Part shown: piece after piece, positions 27,584 through 35,707 of the stretch
How the letters are laid out: every line of letters begins with the position of its first letter
Position numbering within the stretch: the stretch's first letter is position 1
Source: a virus
Taxonomy: Duplodnaviria; Caudoviricetes
IMG/VR virus record: IMGVR_UViG_3300022221_000008
Span: 1 to 60,102 of that record
Length of the DNA: 60,102 nt
Strand: one strand, 5' to 3'
Translations under genes and position numbers: made by a program
Notes under the pieces: generated by a model
What the model saw: the letters and a program-made list of their open reading frames with translations, nothing else
The model's database searches: none
Told to the model about the DNA's origin: nothing

Positions 27584-27882
27584 TCAGCGAAATCGACATT
27601 TGGGGCGACCGCCTCATGGCTGATGGCCGCCAAGTTGGCGTGCTTTCTGGTGAACCCATCGACCTTAACCGTTTCCGAGACTTGATCGCGGAAATCCGTC
27701 ACGACCCGCGCTCCGAAAGCCGTCCCGACCTTGAGGGAGAGATCGACGATCTTGGGGCGACCGTTGGAAGTCTTGAGTGTGAAAATGGCGGTCTTAGGGA
27801 CGAGATCGAAGACTTGGAGGCCGAGCGCGACGAGTTGCGGGAAAAGATAGCGGCCCTAGAGGCCGAGTTGGGGGCAAAATGA
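27580..27882 (+). CDS. Hypothetical coiled-coil protein
   Basis: Acidic heptad repeats; ATGA overlaps. Confidence 0.55.
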   Translation: MISEIDIWGDRLMADGRQVGVLSGEPIDLNRFRDLIAEIRHDPRSESRPDLEGEIDDLGATVGSLECENGGLRDEIEDLEAERDELREKIAALEAELGAK

Positions 27883-28925
27883 AAGCCTCTTTGGATTCCG
27901 CTAAACTCTTGGCGGCACTTAAGCGAGCCTCTCTCGCGGCAGAGCGCGATGGCATATGCGGGCATGTCCTGCTGATTGCCGAGGGCGACCTCTCCGTTCA
28001 AACCACCGACATGGTGATCTCTTACAAAGAACATCTGGACGCCAAGATTGAGTCCGGACGAACCGTCGTCAATGCCGCGCTCCTTTCCAAGGCTCTTAGG
28101 GGTGGGCCTGTAAGTCTGGCGCTTGATGACCATACCCTTGCGATTCAATCCGGTGACGCCGTGGCGCACCTGCAAACTCTTGGGCCGGATGCGTTCCCGG
28201 AAAGCCTGGGCTTCAGCAAGGACTACCCGTGCCAGTTCGTTATGGATATCGAGGTCTTTGCCCAAGCCCTTAATTGGTGTCTGCCAAGCCTTGAGCCCGA
28301 GGATTCGGTGCGGCATCACCTAACTGGGGTCGAGTTACGCTATGGGATCGACCTGTTGTTCACCGGATCGGATGGAAAGATTCTGACACGACGTAGCCTG
28401 CCCGCCCCCCTGGGCGCCAACAATCTGCCGGAAAACGAGGCCGGCGCCCAATCAATCATTATCCCGAAAAAGTTTTGCCGTCTTGTGGACCAGCTCGAAG
28501 GCGACGGACTTTTCAAAATCAGCGATTCGGTCATATCGGTCGAGGCTGGCAAGCGCCTCATCATATCCAGGCTTCTCGATGGCTCCTATCCCGATGTGAG
28601 CAAGATGTTGCCAGATCGCTCAGCGAATAAGATCGTTTTCGGACCGGAGTTGACAAGCGCAATCGAGTACATCAAGGGACTCGGCTCCGGCAGGGTTTCC
28701 ATCAATGCAGCCGGCAAGACGGCGACGGTTGAAGGTGCGGCAAGCCAGGTAACGGTGCCTTGCGAGGGGCATGGGAAGATAGGTTTTGATATCGCTCATC
28801 TGTCGCGTGCCTGCAAAGCCTCAGACCGTCTCATTTTCTTTGTCGGGGAGCACTCCTGCTATCTTGGCGAAGCTGACACCGTGTTGTGTTCCATGCTGCC
28901 AGAAAGAGTTGCTGCCGCAGCATGA
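27879..28925 (+). CDS. dnaN: DNA polymerase III beta-clamp-like protein (divergent)
   Basis: 348 aa; SVQTTDM, RHHLTGV, GSDGKIL, IIIPKK and ISRLLDGSYPDV match DnaN motifs. Confidence 0.75.
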   Translation: MKASLDSAKLLAALKRASLAAERDGICGHVLLIAEGDLSVQTTDMVISYKEHLDAKIESGRTVVNAALLSKALRGGPVSLALDDHTLAIQSGDAVAHLQTLGPDAFPESLGFSKDYPCQFVMDIEVFAQALNWCLPSLEPEDSVRHHLTGVELRYGIDLLFTGSDGKILTRRSLPAPLGANNLPENEAGAQSIIIPKKFCRLVDQLEGDGLFKISDSVISVEAGKRLIISRLLDGSYPDVSKMLPDRSANKIVFGPELTSAIEYIKGLGSGRVSINAAGKTATVEGAASQVTVPCEGHGKIGFDIAHLSRACKASDRLIFFVGEHSCYLGEADTVLCSMLPERVAAAA

Positions 28926-28971
28926 CCCCCACCGCCATAGCCCGAGCCTACCACTGCCCGACGAGGCAAGC

Positions 28972-29205
28972 ATGACGCCGCATCAATCAAACACCCTGGC
29001 CTTTATAAGATCGTACTGGGCGGAGTGCGAGATAGGGCCAACATATGATGAGATCAAAGATTATCTCGGCCTCAAGAGTAAGTCAGGCGCCTTTCGTTTG
29101 GTAGATGCTCTGGTTGCTCGCGGGCTTGTGGAAAAGAACGCATTCGGCATTCGCTCCGTCCGCCCTGTCGGCTACTGCCCAACCTGTGGAAAACCCTGTG
29201 AGTAG
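28972..29205 (+). CDS. LexA DNA-binding-domain-like protein with C-terminal CxxC
   Basis: MTPHQSNTLAFI...GPTYDEIKDYLGLKSKSGAFRLVDALVARG. Confidence 0.75.
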   Translation: MTPHQSNTLAFIRSYWAECEIGPTYDEIKDYLGLKSKSGAFRLVDALVARGLVEKNAFGIRSVRPVGYCPTCGKPCE

Positions 29206-29410
29206 CGGGGACGATATAGAGGAAACCGTTGTTTACTGGGCACAAAACGGCGTAACGGCGCAAGAGGTTTTGGTATCCATGGGCGCGCTGGATGTGCCTT
29301 GCTGGCGAGCGGTCATGGTGCGGATGATGCTGTGGAACAGCCGGCATTTGGAAAGCGAACTGGCCGGCATGACATGGAACGAGACGGAACGGGAATTGAC
29401 GGGACGATGA
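29198..29410 (+). CDS. Hypothetical protein
   Basis: GTG start overlaps the previous gene. Confidence 0.35.
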   Translation: MSSGDDIEETVVYWAQNGVTAQEVLVSMGALDVPCWRAVMVRMMLWNSRHLESELAGMTWNETERELTGR

Positions 29411-29515
29411 TGCTGCGGCGACGCTCTCGGGACAACATGCATCCCCGGCAGGTCTGGGGATGATGCGGAAATACCCAATACCGCATGGCTCGGGAGCGTC
29501 ACCGGAGTAGCATTG
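29408..29515 (+). ncRNA. Candidate structured RNA (element 0) with a CAACATGC...GCATG core
   Basis: Long stem 29408-29431 / 29489-29515 with G-U pairs; inner hairpin ATCCCCGG/CTGGGGAT; non-coding gap. Confidence 0.45.
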
Positions 29516-29620
29516 GAGGTGCGAGCTGCGGGATTCGCCACCCGGACACCGTGACCGAATAGGGCGTCATTGCGATGTAGGGAGCGGGCAGTGAGCACAG
29601 GAGTAGCATTGGAGGGTGAG

Positions 29621-29812
29621 ATGGACATAGAAACGGCCCTGTGCACGATTGCGGACCACTATTATTCCAACGGTGCCAGAGACGGATGGAACAGGGCGCT
29701 TGCTGAGAAAGAGCCAGTGCCTGGCTCCAGACGTCCTCCTTTGCGAGCCTTCAAAGAGGCAATGGCATTTCTGAATGAGATGGCTAGACAACCCGATGAG
29801 CAAGGAGGGTGA
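29621..29812 (+). CDS. Hypothetical protein
   Basis: GGAGG RBS. Confidence 0.45.
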   Translation: MDIETALCTIADHYYSNGARDGWNRALAEKEPVPGSRRPPLRAFKEAMAFLNEMARQPDEQGG

Positions 29813-29813
29813 G

Positions 29814-30092
29814 ATGAAACCGGGCGTAATTTGCGTCATCACAAGGAAATCGGATGGCGTGGTTCTCGGCGTCGGGGCTGATTTCGATGCTGACCGCCCC
29901 GGCGGCTTCAGCCTGGAGCAAGCCCAAAACCGCCGCGCCAGAGAGCGCGCCAAGTCCGATTTTGTCAGAAAGCAATGCTCGGGCCTGATTTCCGATGGCC
30001 TTGACAGCTATCAGGTGGGGCAGATTGTGGATGCCCTAATCGGCCGAGACAAGATCGTTATTCAAACAGAGGCGGTCGGTGGTGAGGGCTAG
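29814..30092 (+). CDS. Hypothetical protein
   Basis: AAGGAGG RBS. Confidence 0.55.
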   Translation: MKPGVICVITRKSDGVVLGVGADFDADRPGGFSLEQAQNRRARERAKSDFVRKQCSGLISDGLDSYQVGQIVDALIGRDKIVIQTEAVGGEG

Positions 30093-30258
30093 ACAGCCCG
30101 ATGAGTCTGTGCCACAAAAGAGATGAGCCCAGCACCCTTAACGGGCCGGGCTCATACGCGGGTTGGTTTGGACGCCGGAACCCGCGCAGGCCATGAACAT
30201 AGGCCACAATCTCCTAAATATCAACCAGGTGTCCAAGCGTTTGGTCCGCTCCGTGTGC

Positions 30259-30425
30259 GGGCTGTTCTGTGGAGACGTGCAACATGCGTAAGGAACCCTT
30301 GGGCGCCGTTGTGGCTCGAAAAGTTCTCTTGCAAGGCGCATGGGCCAACCCGAAAGGACGATGTTGGGTAGCGCCCAGCCTTGGCCCCAGTGCCAGAAGG
30401 CCAGCACGTTTCCACAGAGCAGCCC
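30259..30425 (+). ncRNA. Candidate structured RNA E1 (167 nt)
   Basis: 22-bp closing stem 30259-30280 / 30404-30425 with 2 G-U pairs; inner CATGCG/CGCATG helix; shares sequence blocks with E2. Confidence 0.65.
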
Positions 30426-30435
30426 TAGCACTCAA

Positions 30436-30585
30436 GCGGGGGATTGGTGAAGGTGTGCAACATGCGTAGTGGACTCACAACCCTTGGTGCTGCGGCCCCA
30501 AGGCCACTGAACGATCCGCTCGCTTGCAAGGCGCATGTAGGCTGGCTGGTCGCTGGCTGGACCCACACCTTCACCAATCCTTTGC
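30436..30585 (+). ncRNA. Candidate structured RNA E2 (150 nt), paralog of E1
   Basis: 22-bp closing stem 30436-30457 / 30564-30585 with 3 G-U pairs; GTGCAACATGCGTA, AACCCTTGG and CTTGCAAGGCGCATG are shared with E1. Confidence 0.65.
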
Positions 30586-30610
30586 AAAAGCGATCACTGT
30601 GGCCCGCAGG

Positions 30611-30803
30611 ATGGGCGTTCTGTGATGCGTAGCGGCGTGGAAAGCAGACACGCTTTCGAGCAAGGTAAGGGTGTGTTGTCAGGAGAGGCTGAGAGGAAGA
30701 CGCTTGTGACCCTGACGAACGGCGGGATAACCAAGGAACAACTGCCGTGCATTGTGGCCCTAAGCCGGAGTAGCGTCCGGCCTACGCATCACAGAGCGTC
30801 TAT
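30611..30803 (+). ncRNA. Candidate tRNA-like structured RNA E3 (193 nt)
   Basis: 22-bp closing stem 30611-30632 / 30782-30803 with 3 G-U pairs; D-arm-like hairpin after a 2-nt linker; T-arm-like GCCGG/CCGGC abutting the 3' strand. Confidence 0.6.
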
Positions 30804-31288
30804 TGGAGGCCCCAGGGTTGACCTGTGAATGAGAATGGCCTACAAAAGAAAAGCCCCCGGATCGGTCGGGGGCGTCTACGCTGGATGATGGTTTGGCGGC
30901 CGAACCCAGCGCAGGAACGTCAATATAGACGAAACTCCCTGAAAATCAACCCGGCCGCCACAGATAGCGTCTCTGTTGCGAGCCCATGCGCGGGACTTAA
31001 AGGCGGCCGGACCAAGACGGCCAGGCTCTTGACGCAAAACCCCCGAGAAAGGACCACGAATCCCGTGGCTTGTGCGGCGGTCGCCTACATGGCTGCCGCA
31101 TGGGGCTCCAGTTGGAACCGGCAGACGGGAACCGTGCCGAGGCCCAGGAAGCTCGCTGCCCGCCTGCGCCGCTTGAGGCACGATGTAGGTTGTATGCTTG
31201 TCCGGCTCCATACGTTGCATGCAAATCCCCTTTGGCTGCGGCCAGGGGGGTTTTGTTTCTATCCTCACCACCGTTGCATGGACTTGAG

Positions 31289-31498
31289 ATGCTACTGAAA
31301 GACGCAAACGAACTAATCACCCTGGCGAGAGACGCGATCACCGAAACCCTGAACGCTGTCAGGGAAGATGGGGTATGCAGGCTCTGCCAGGCAAAACAGG
31401 GTGTACAGCATTCGGCGACTTGCCCTGTCTGGAGTTTGACGCAATGGCGTGGTGAATTTTGGCGGCGGAATGAGCCTGAATTGAAGCTTGAACCGTAG
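31289..31498 (+). CDS. Small Zn-finger-like hypothetical protein
   Basis: CRLC...H...C motif. Confidence 0.45.
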   Translation: MLLKDANELITLARDAITETLNAVREDGVCRLCQAKQGVQHSATCPVWSLTQWRGEFWRRNEPELKLEP

Positions 31499-31631
31499 GT
31501 TATGCCCAGAGCAATGGAGGAAAGAGATGAAAGCGCGCCGCCACCACAACAACAAAGGTTGTCGCCAGATCAAACGCGGCAAGACGCGCGATCAGGTCAA
31601 GCGGATGGCTGAGAAGCTTGGGATTCCTTAC

Positions 31632-31707
31632 GCGCCTGTAGTTCAACTGGCAGAACCGGACCCTCATAAGGTTCACGATCCAGGTTCGAATCCTGGCGGG
31701 CGCACCA
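31632..31707 (+). tRNA. tRNA with CAT anticodon (Ile2/lysidine type or elongator Met)
   Basis: Full cloverleaf: acceptor GCGCCTG/CGGGCGC, D arm GTTC/GAAC, anticodon arm GGACC-CTCATAA-GGTTC, T arm CCAGG-TTCGAAT-CCTGG, encoded ACCA end. Confidence 0.92.
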
Positions 31708-32009
31708 GTTCTCTGGAGGAAAACAGTTGGTTGTGTGCCTCCTGCGGGACTGAATCCTCTCTTAAGTTTCGTTCTTGTGGCTGCCCAACGGATGTTTTGT
31801 ATAGGAACCAGGAAACTGCCCTGAAAATAGAGCGTGGATCAGAGGAGGGAAAAGATGTCTAACAGCAGCTTTGATAAGTGTAGCTTTTTGGCCCAATTCT
31901 GTTGCTTTTTTGGGCTCCACTGTTGGGGGCCTTGGGGCAAGATTTATTTGGATATGTTCCAGAAGAAGCGTTGCGTTCGTTGTGGAAGATACAAAGAGAG
32001 GGCTCTTTG

Positions 32010-32360
32010 ATGACCTTCTCCGCCTTCTGGAGCGAGCAGATTCGCAAGGAAGCCAAGAAGGCTGCCGAGCGAGCATGGAACAAGGCACTGAAGGAAGCCA
32101 CGGCAGAGGAAATCCTGGCTGGCTGGCGCAGATCGAGGGACCACTACTCGACACGAGAGCGTCAGTTCATTCCCTTGCCGTCAACATGGCTCAATCAGGG
32201 CCGCTGGATGGACGAATATGGCGACGAGCCCAGCGCCAAAGAGTGGTACGACCGCAGGCATACGCCAAGATGCAGCCAATGCAAGGTGGAAGGCGTTAAC
32301 CTGATTGGCGAGCAGGGCAAGTGCCATGACTGCTACTACGGGCTGAGGGTAGTGAAATGA
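32010..32360 (+). CDS. Stand-alone phage replication-initiator C-terminal-like domain
   Basis: FSAFW...RKEAKKAAERAWNKA...QFIPLPSTWLNQGRWMDE motif. Confidence 0.6.
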   Translation: MTFSAFWSEQIRKEAKKAAERAWNKALKEATAEEILAGWRRSRDHYSTRERQFIPLPSTWLNQGRWMDEYGDEPSAKEWYDRRHTPRCSQCKVEGVNLIGEQGKCHDCYYGLRVVK

Positions 32361-32605
32361 GCGAGACGTTTACGATCAATGAGCTTGATCGATATGTTTT
32401 GGAATGTCTGACCAATCTGTCCGCCATTGAGCGGCGGGAAGGTTCTGACGGGTGGTTTCAGATCGACGCCTTACCTCCGCTGTGGGCTGTTACCATTGAG
32501 CGCTTGGTGCTTCTCGGTCTTGTCGAGCACAGAGCTACGCACCCCAGCCGGTATCGGCCGAGTGAGCAGGGCGAGAACTTACTGATTCAGCTTGAAGCTG
32601 ATTAA
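32357..32605 (+). CDS. Hypothetical winged-helix-like protein
   Basis: TIERLVLLGLVE...YRPSEQG. Confidence 0.45.
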   Translation: MSETFTINELDRYVLECLTNLSAIERREGSDGWFQIDALPPLWAVTIERLVLLGLVEHRATHPSRYRPSEQGENLLIQLEAD

Positions 32606-32728
32606 CCCCTTCCATGGAGGTGGAGAGATGATCGCGTTTATTGATGCCCTTCGGCGCCGAGATGCAAAGCAAGCAGTACTTTGCGCGTCAATGATTGGTG
32701 CTGTGGTTTTTGTGATTTGGTGGTTGGC

Positions 32729-32971
32729 ATGACCCATCCCATCACAGACGAAGATATCCGGAACACGACGCCGGACTGGGAGGGCTTAGTGCTTTCTGCC
32801 GGCCGTTTGGCTGGCAAGGTTGGCATAAGCCACGACAGACGATTGCGGTTTTCCTTCGCCCTTGCCGGCAGTTCCGTTCATGCTCCGCAGCGAATGTTTC
32901 TCAGGCTGGTCCGGGAGGGCAAGATTGACCCGAACGGGGTGCCATTAGAGCGAGCAAAGGAACCATCATGA
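32729..32971 (+). CDS. Hypothetical protein
   Basis: ATGA overlaps; start inferred. Confidence 0.4.
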   Translation: MTHPITDEDIRNTTPDWEGLVLSAGRLAGKVGISHDRRLRFSFALAGSSVHAPQRMFLRLVREGKIDPNGVPLERAKEPS

Positions 32972-33384
32972 CTGACAACAAGCCAAGATATAGCCTCAAT
33001 CCTGATGGTTCGATCTGGTTTGAAAACTATGGAGACATTCATATAGCCATGACTGACGACAAGGCCGTAGAGGCGGTGGCGAAAGTGCTTCATGATCGGT
33101 TTGGGATGCTTCCATGGGCCAGTGGCACCGACTCGACGCGAGAGTATCACCGCGACAAGGCCAAGGCAGCCATAGCCGCCTACAAGGCCCACCTGGAGGC
33201 GGAGGGGATGGTGGTGGTGCCGAGAGAGCCGACGCGAGGCATGTTGGAGGACGGCGCCACGGCGATTGAAGATTGTGACGAGGGCTCCCGGGGGTCTTAC
33301 GGTTGGGAGCCGCATTGGAATTTCCCCAGGGCCGCGTTTGAAGGCTGGCAAGCCATGATCGACCACCTAAGACAGCAGGAATAG
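32968..33384 (+). CDS. Hypothetical phage protein
   Basis: VEAVAKVL...AKAAIAAY...VVVPREPTRGML motif. Confidence 0.6.
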   Translation: MTDNKPRYSLNPDGSIWFENYGDIHIAMTDDKAVEAVAKVLHDRFGMLPWASGTDSTREYHRDKAKAAIAAYKAHLEAEGMVVVPREPTRGMLEDGATAIEDCDEGSRGSYGWEPHWNFPRAAFEGWQAMIDHLRQQE

Positions 33385-33407
33385 GCCCTACCTGGGCCGG
33401 GTGGGGG

Positions 33408-33659
33408 TTAGGCGATTGGCTCAATGATTGCGTCTGCTGGAATGTGATCTCCGTCGCGCCCAAAGCAGTAATCAACGCCTGCTTGCCAGCGGCCCATAAG
33501 TAGATCGCAATCGAGCAGGAAGCTTGCGGACCGGACCACTTCGCCTGTGTTTAGCATTTTGATGGCGGGCTGGCCGACTCCGCATCTGACGTGAGCGTAA
33601 ACAGTGTCGCCCTTGCGGATTTGGTGGGTTGGCTTTCGCATCGTAGACTTGCGTTTCAT
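33408..33659 (-). CDS. Hypothetical protein (cassette 3)
   Basis: RBS and stop codon both supplied by the repeat units. Confidence 0.55.
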   Translation of the reverse strand: MKRKSTMRKPTHQIRKGDTVYAHVRCGVGQPAIKMLNTGEVVRSASFLLDCDLLMGRWQAGVDYCFGRDGDHIPADAIIEPIA

Positions 33660-33743
33660 CTGTCCTCTCCTTCAGTAATCCACAGCCGCAACGGCCCTGG
33701 GATTGATCACTCAATAGTCAGGCCCTACCTGGGCCGGGTGGGG

Positions 33744-34292
33744 TTAGGATGTGTACTTGGCGCGCTCGACTGGTTCCCATGTCTTCCAGCCATCGCCAGT
33801 ATAGTGCCCGCAAAGCTCGTGCTCGATGACCTTGGCGACCAAGGATGTGATGTTCTGATACGGATTGTGTTTCTTGACCAGTTCTCGCAACTTTTCGTCT
33901 TCGTCCAAGTCTTCTGGCGTCACGCCGCAAAGGCGGTAGATTAGGCTGGCGGGGGTGTCGCTGCCGGGCAGGTCACGGTCTTCGGTGTAGTCGCCAACAA
34001 CGGCGATTCGGTCGCCGGCCCATCGTCCGATGACAGCCAAGGCGGTTTCCTGGTAAGGCGCTTCCAATGGTTCGTCTGCCGCACGGCTGGTGCGACCCGC
34101 CCCATGGGCATTCCGGTAAAGATCGAAGTCGCCGCCGCCGCGCCCATTGCTGCAACAACAGAGGATGAAAAGGGCGTGGGGCGTGCCGGGATTGTTGGCG
34201 ATTTGCTCCCATTGCTTGAGCCCGCTTCCCAATTCGTGGGGATGGATAAACTCGCGTTTGTCGAGATTCACAACTTTGTGGTACTGTCCCAT
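33744..34292 (-). CDS. Conserved hypothetical protein (cassette 2)
   Basis: MGQYHKVVNLDKREFI...GLKQWE...GRWAGDRIAVVGDY. Confidence 0.7.
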   Translation of the reverse strand: MGQYHKVVNLDKREFIHPHELGSGLKQWEQIANNPGTPHALFILCCCSNGRGGGDFDLYRNAHGAGRTSRAADEPLEAPYQETALAVIGRWAGDRIAVVGDYTEDRDLPGSDTPASLIYRLCGVTPEDLDEDEKLRELVKKHNPYQNITSLVAKVIEHELCGHYTGDGWKTWEPVERAKYTS

Positions 34293-34376
34293 AACCTTCC
34301 TCCTTCAGTAATCCACAGCCGCAACGGCCCTGGGATTGATCACTCAATAGTCAGGCCCTACCTGGGCCGGGTGGGG

Positions 34377-34832
34377 TTAGGGCAGGGGCCAGTCTTTTAG
34401 TTCTGGAGTGGACAGGCGCGTGACTAGACGGTTGCGCTGCCAAGTCTGGCTTGCGGCTTTGGCTGTGGTTCCGGCTGCTTCCCAATCAGCGGCTCGCGCG
34501 GCGTCAAAGGCTGCGTTTTCTGCTTCCAGTGAGTGTCTGGTTGCCGCCCAAGCTGCTGCCCAGGCTTTTACCCAAGCGGCATAGCGGGTTGCGTCATCGA
34601 TTTCGCCGCGTGCGAAGGCGCGGGCTGCGGCGATTGCATTACGTGGGGCCGTGGAATTTTGCGCTGCTTCATAGATATGTAGCGTGTGTGCGGCACAATC
34701 GGCTCGCCAGAGCCGCAACTTCTGGTCAATGTCTTTTTCAAGGCGCGCTACCTCTGATGCTATCCACACTAGGTCGGAAAGGGGGGTATTGGCGTTGATT
34801 AGCGAAAGGATCATGCTTGTGTTGTTTGCCAT
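34377..34832 (-). CDS. Imm5-like protein (cassette 1); paralog of 24962..25618
   Basis: DLVWIAS...LRLWRADCAAHTLHIYE...PRNAIAAARAFARGEI...DWPLP. Confidence 0.7.
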   Translation of the reverse strand: MANNTSMILSLINANTPLSDLVWIASEVARLEKDIDQKLRLWRADCAAHTLHIYEAAQNSTAPRNAIAAARAFARGEIDDATRYAAWVKAWAAAWAATRHSLEAENAAFDAARAADWEAAGTTAKAASQTWQRNRLVTRLSTPELKDWPLP

Positions 34833-34892
34833 CGTTCAATCTCCTGTGTTGAGTAATCCACAGCAGGGCCGCCGCAACGGCCCTGGAATTGA

Positions 34893-35084
34893 TCACTCGT
34901 GAACGATTATGCAGCACCCTGCGCCATCAGGATCGGCCCAGCCCTTCGTAAGGGCCAGATCGGCCGCTCTCTGAGCTTCGTCCTCGGTGCCGCCGCGGCC
35001 TAAAACGTCAAGCGCGGCATGCTCGGCGCGGGCTATGTCGATACTGTTCGGGCTGCCGTGGGTCACTTCGATCTCGATTTGCAT
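34893..35084 (-). CDS. Hypothetical protein
   Basis: AGGAG RBS. Confidence 0.5.
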   Translation of the reverse strand: MQIEIEVTHGSPNSIDIARAEHAALDVLGRGGTEDEAQRAADLALTKGWADPDGAGCCIIVHE

Positions 35085-35145
35085 GGCGTTGCTCCTAATC
35101 CAAGGTTGGACACATCAAGCTAGAGCCAGTGCCTGAAAAAGCCCG

Positions 35146-35388
35146 CTAGACGCGGGCTAGGCTTGGCAAGCGCGAATCGATGCAGCGCTTTGCGAATTTA
35201 CTCAGGCGCCAGGTTGCGGGTTTGATTTGGTCGGTCGGCACCGTGAGCAACCAGTTAGGATAGAATTCTTCGTGTAGGCAGATTACCGGGGTTCGTCCGT
35301 CGCTGTGTTCTTTGCCAGCTATCGCGGCTGGCAGGGTTCCGCCCATGCCAGACGGAATGTCAACAATTTCGATGCCACGATATTCCAT
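35146..35388 (-). CDS. Hypothetical protein
   Basis: AGGAG RBS. Confidence 0.5.
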   Translation of the reverse strand: MEYRGIEIVDIPSGMGGTLPAAIAGKEHSDGRTPVICLHEEFYPNWLLTVPTDQIKPATWRLSKFAKRCIDSRLPSLARV

Positions 35389-35440
35389 GGTTTTTCTCCT
35401 GATTTGGCGGGCTCATTTAGGCACTAGCAGGTGCAGCATG

Positions 35441-35460
35441 AAAAAGCCCCTGTCGGGGCT
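35441..35460 (-). terminator. Intrinsic terminator
   Basis: Minus strand AGCCCC-GACA-GGGGCT followed by TTTT. Confidence 0.6.
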
Positions 35461-35467
35461 GAGTATG

Positions 35468-35707
35468 TTAGGATTCGAAAGAGTTTATGTCGGCGTCAAT
35501 CTTGGTGAGGCCGCTGCCGTGTGCCGACAATCGGATGTGCTGGCCACACTGGTAGATGTTATCAACGACGAAGGGTCCGCGCCGTGGCCTGGCTTCCCAG
35601 CGGTTGTCGTATGCGTTGAAAACCCTTGCTGCTGCCTTCTGGTAGACCAAGTCGCCAGTTTTGAACGGGCTGTAGTCTTCCGGCAGCCAATTTCGGTCAA
35701 CAGTCAT
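35468..35707 (-). CDS. Hypothetical protein
   Basis: GGAG RBS; first gene of the leftward unit. Confidence 0.5.
   Translation of the reverse strand: MTVDRNWLPEDYSPFKTGDLVYQKAAARVFNAYDNRWEARPRRGPFVVDNIYQCGQHIRLSAHGSGLTKIDADINSFES

Larger units (their letters stand above)
33383..34898. repeat. Intergenic repeat array: two identical 82-bp units (33667-33748, 34300-34381) plus complementary half-units (33383-33412, 34852-34898)
   Basis: Direct sequence identity; on the minus strand each unit carries the upstream gene's TAA, hairpins and the downstream gene's AAGGAG RBS. Confidence 0.9.

Noticed and set aside
30092-30430. Hammerhead or HDV/theta ribozyme in the structured region
   Set aside because: CCGATGAG near 30098 deviates from the CUGANGA core and lacks a properly placed GAAA, and I could not fit the HDV nested double pseudoknot by eye.
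30123-31341. ORFs listed across the ncRNA region (e.g. 30123..30371, 30825..31298)
   Set aside because: They have no RBS, atypical composition and mutual overlap, and RNA-type pairing explains the sequence better.
31488-31862. 124-aa ORF spanning the tRNA
   Set aside because: It completely overlaps a canonical tRNA; at most the short basic 5' part is coding.
33383-34898. Repeat array as a CRISPR array
   Set aside because: The repeats are 82 bp, the intervening sequences are whole ORFs of 250-550 bp, and no cas genes are present.
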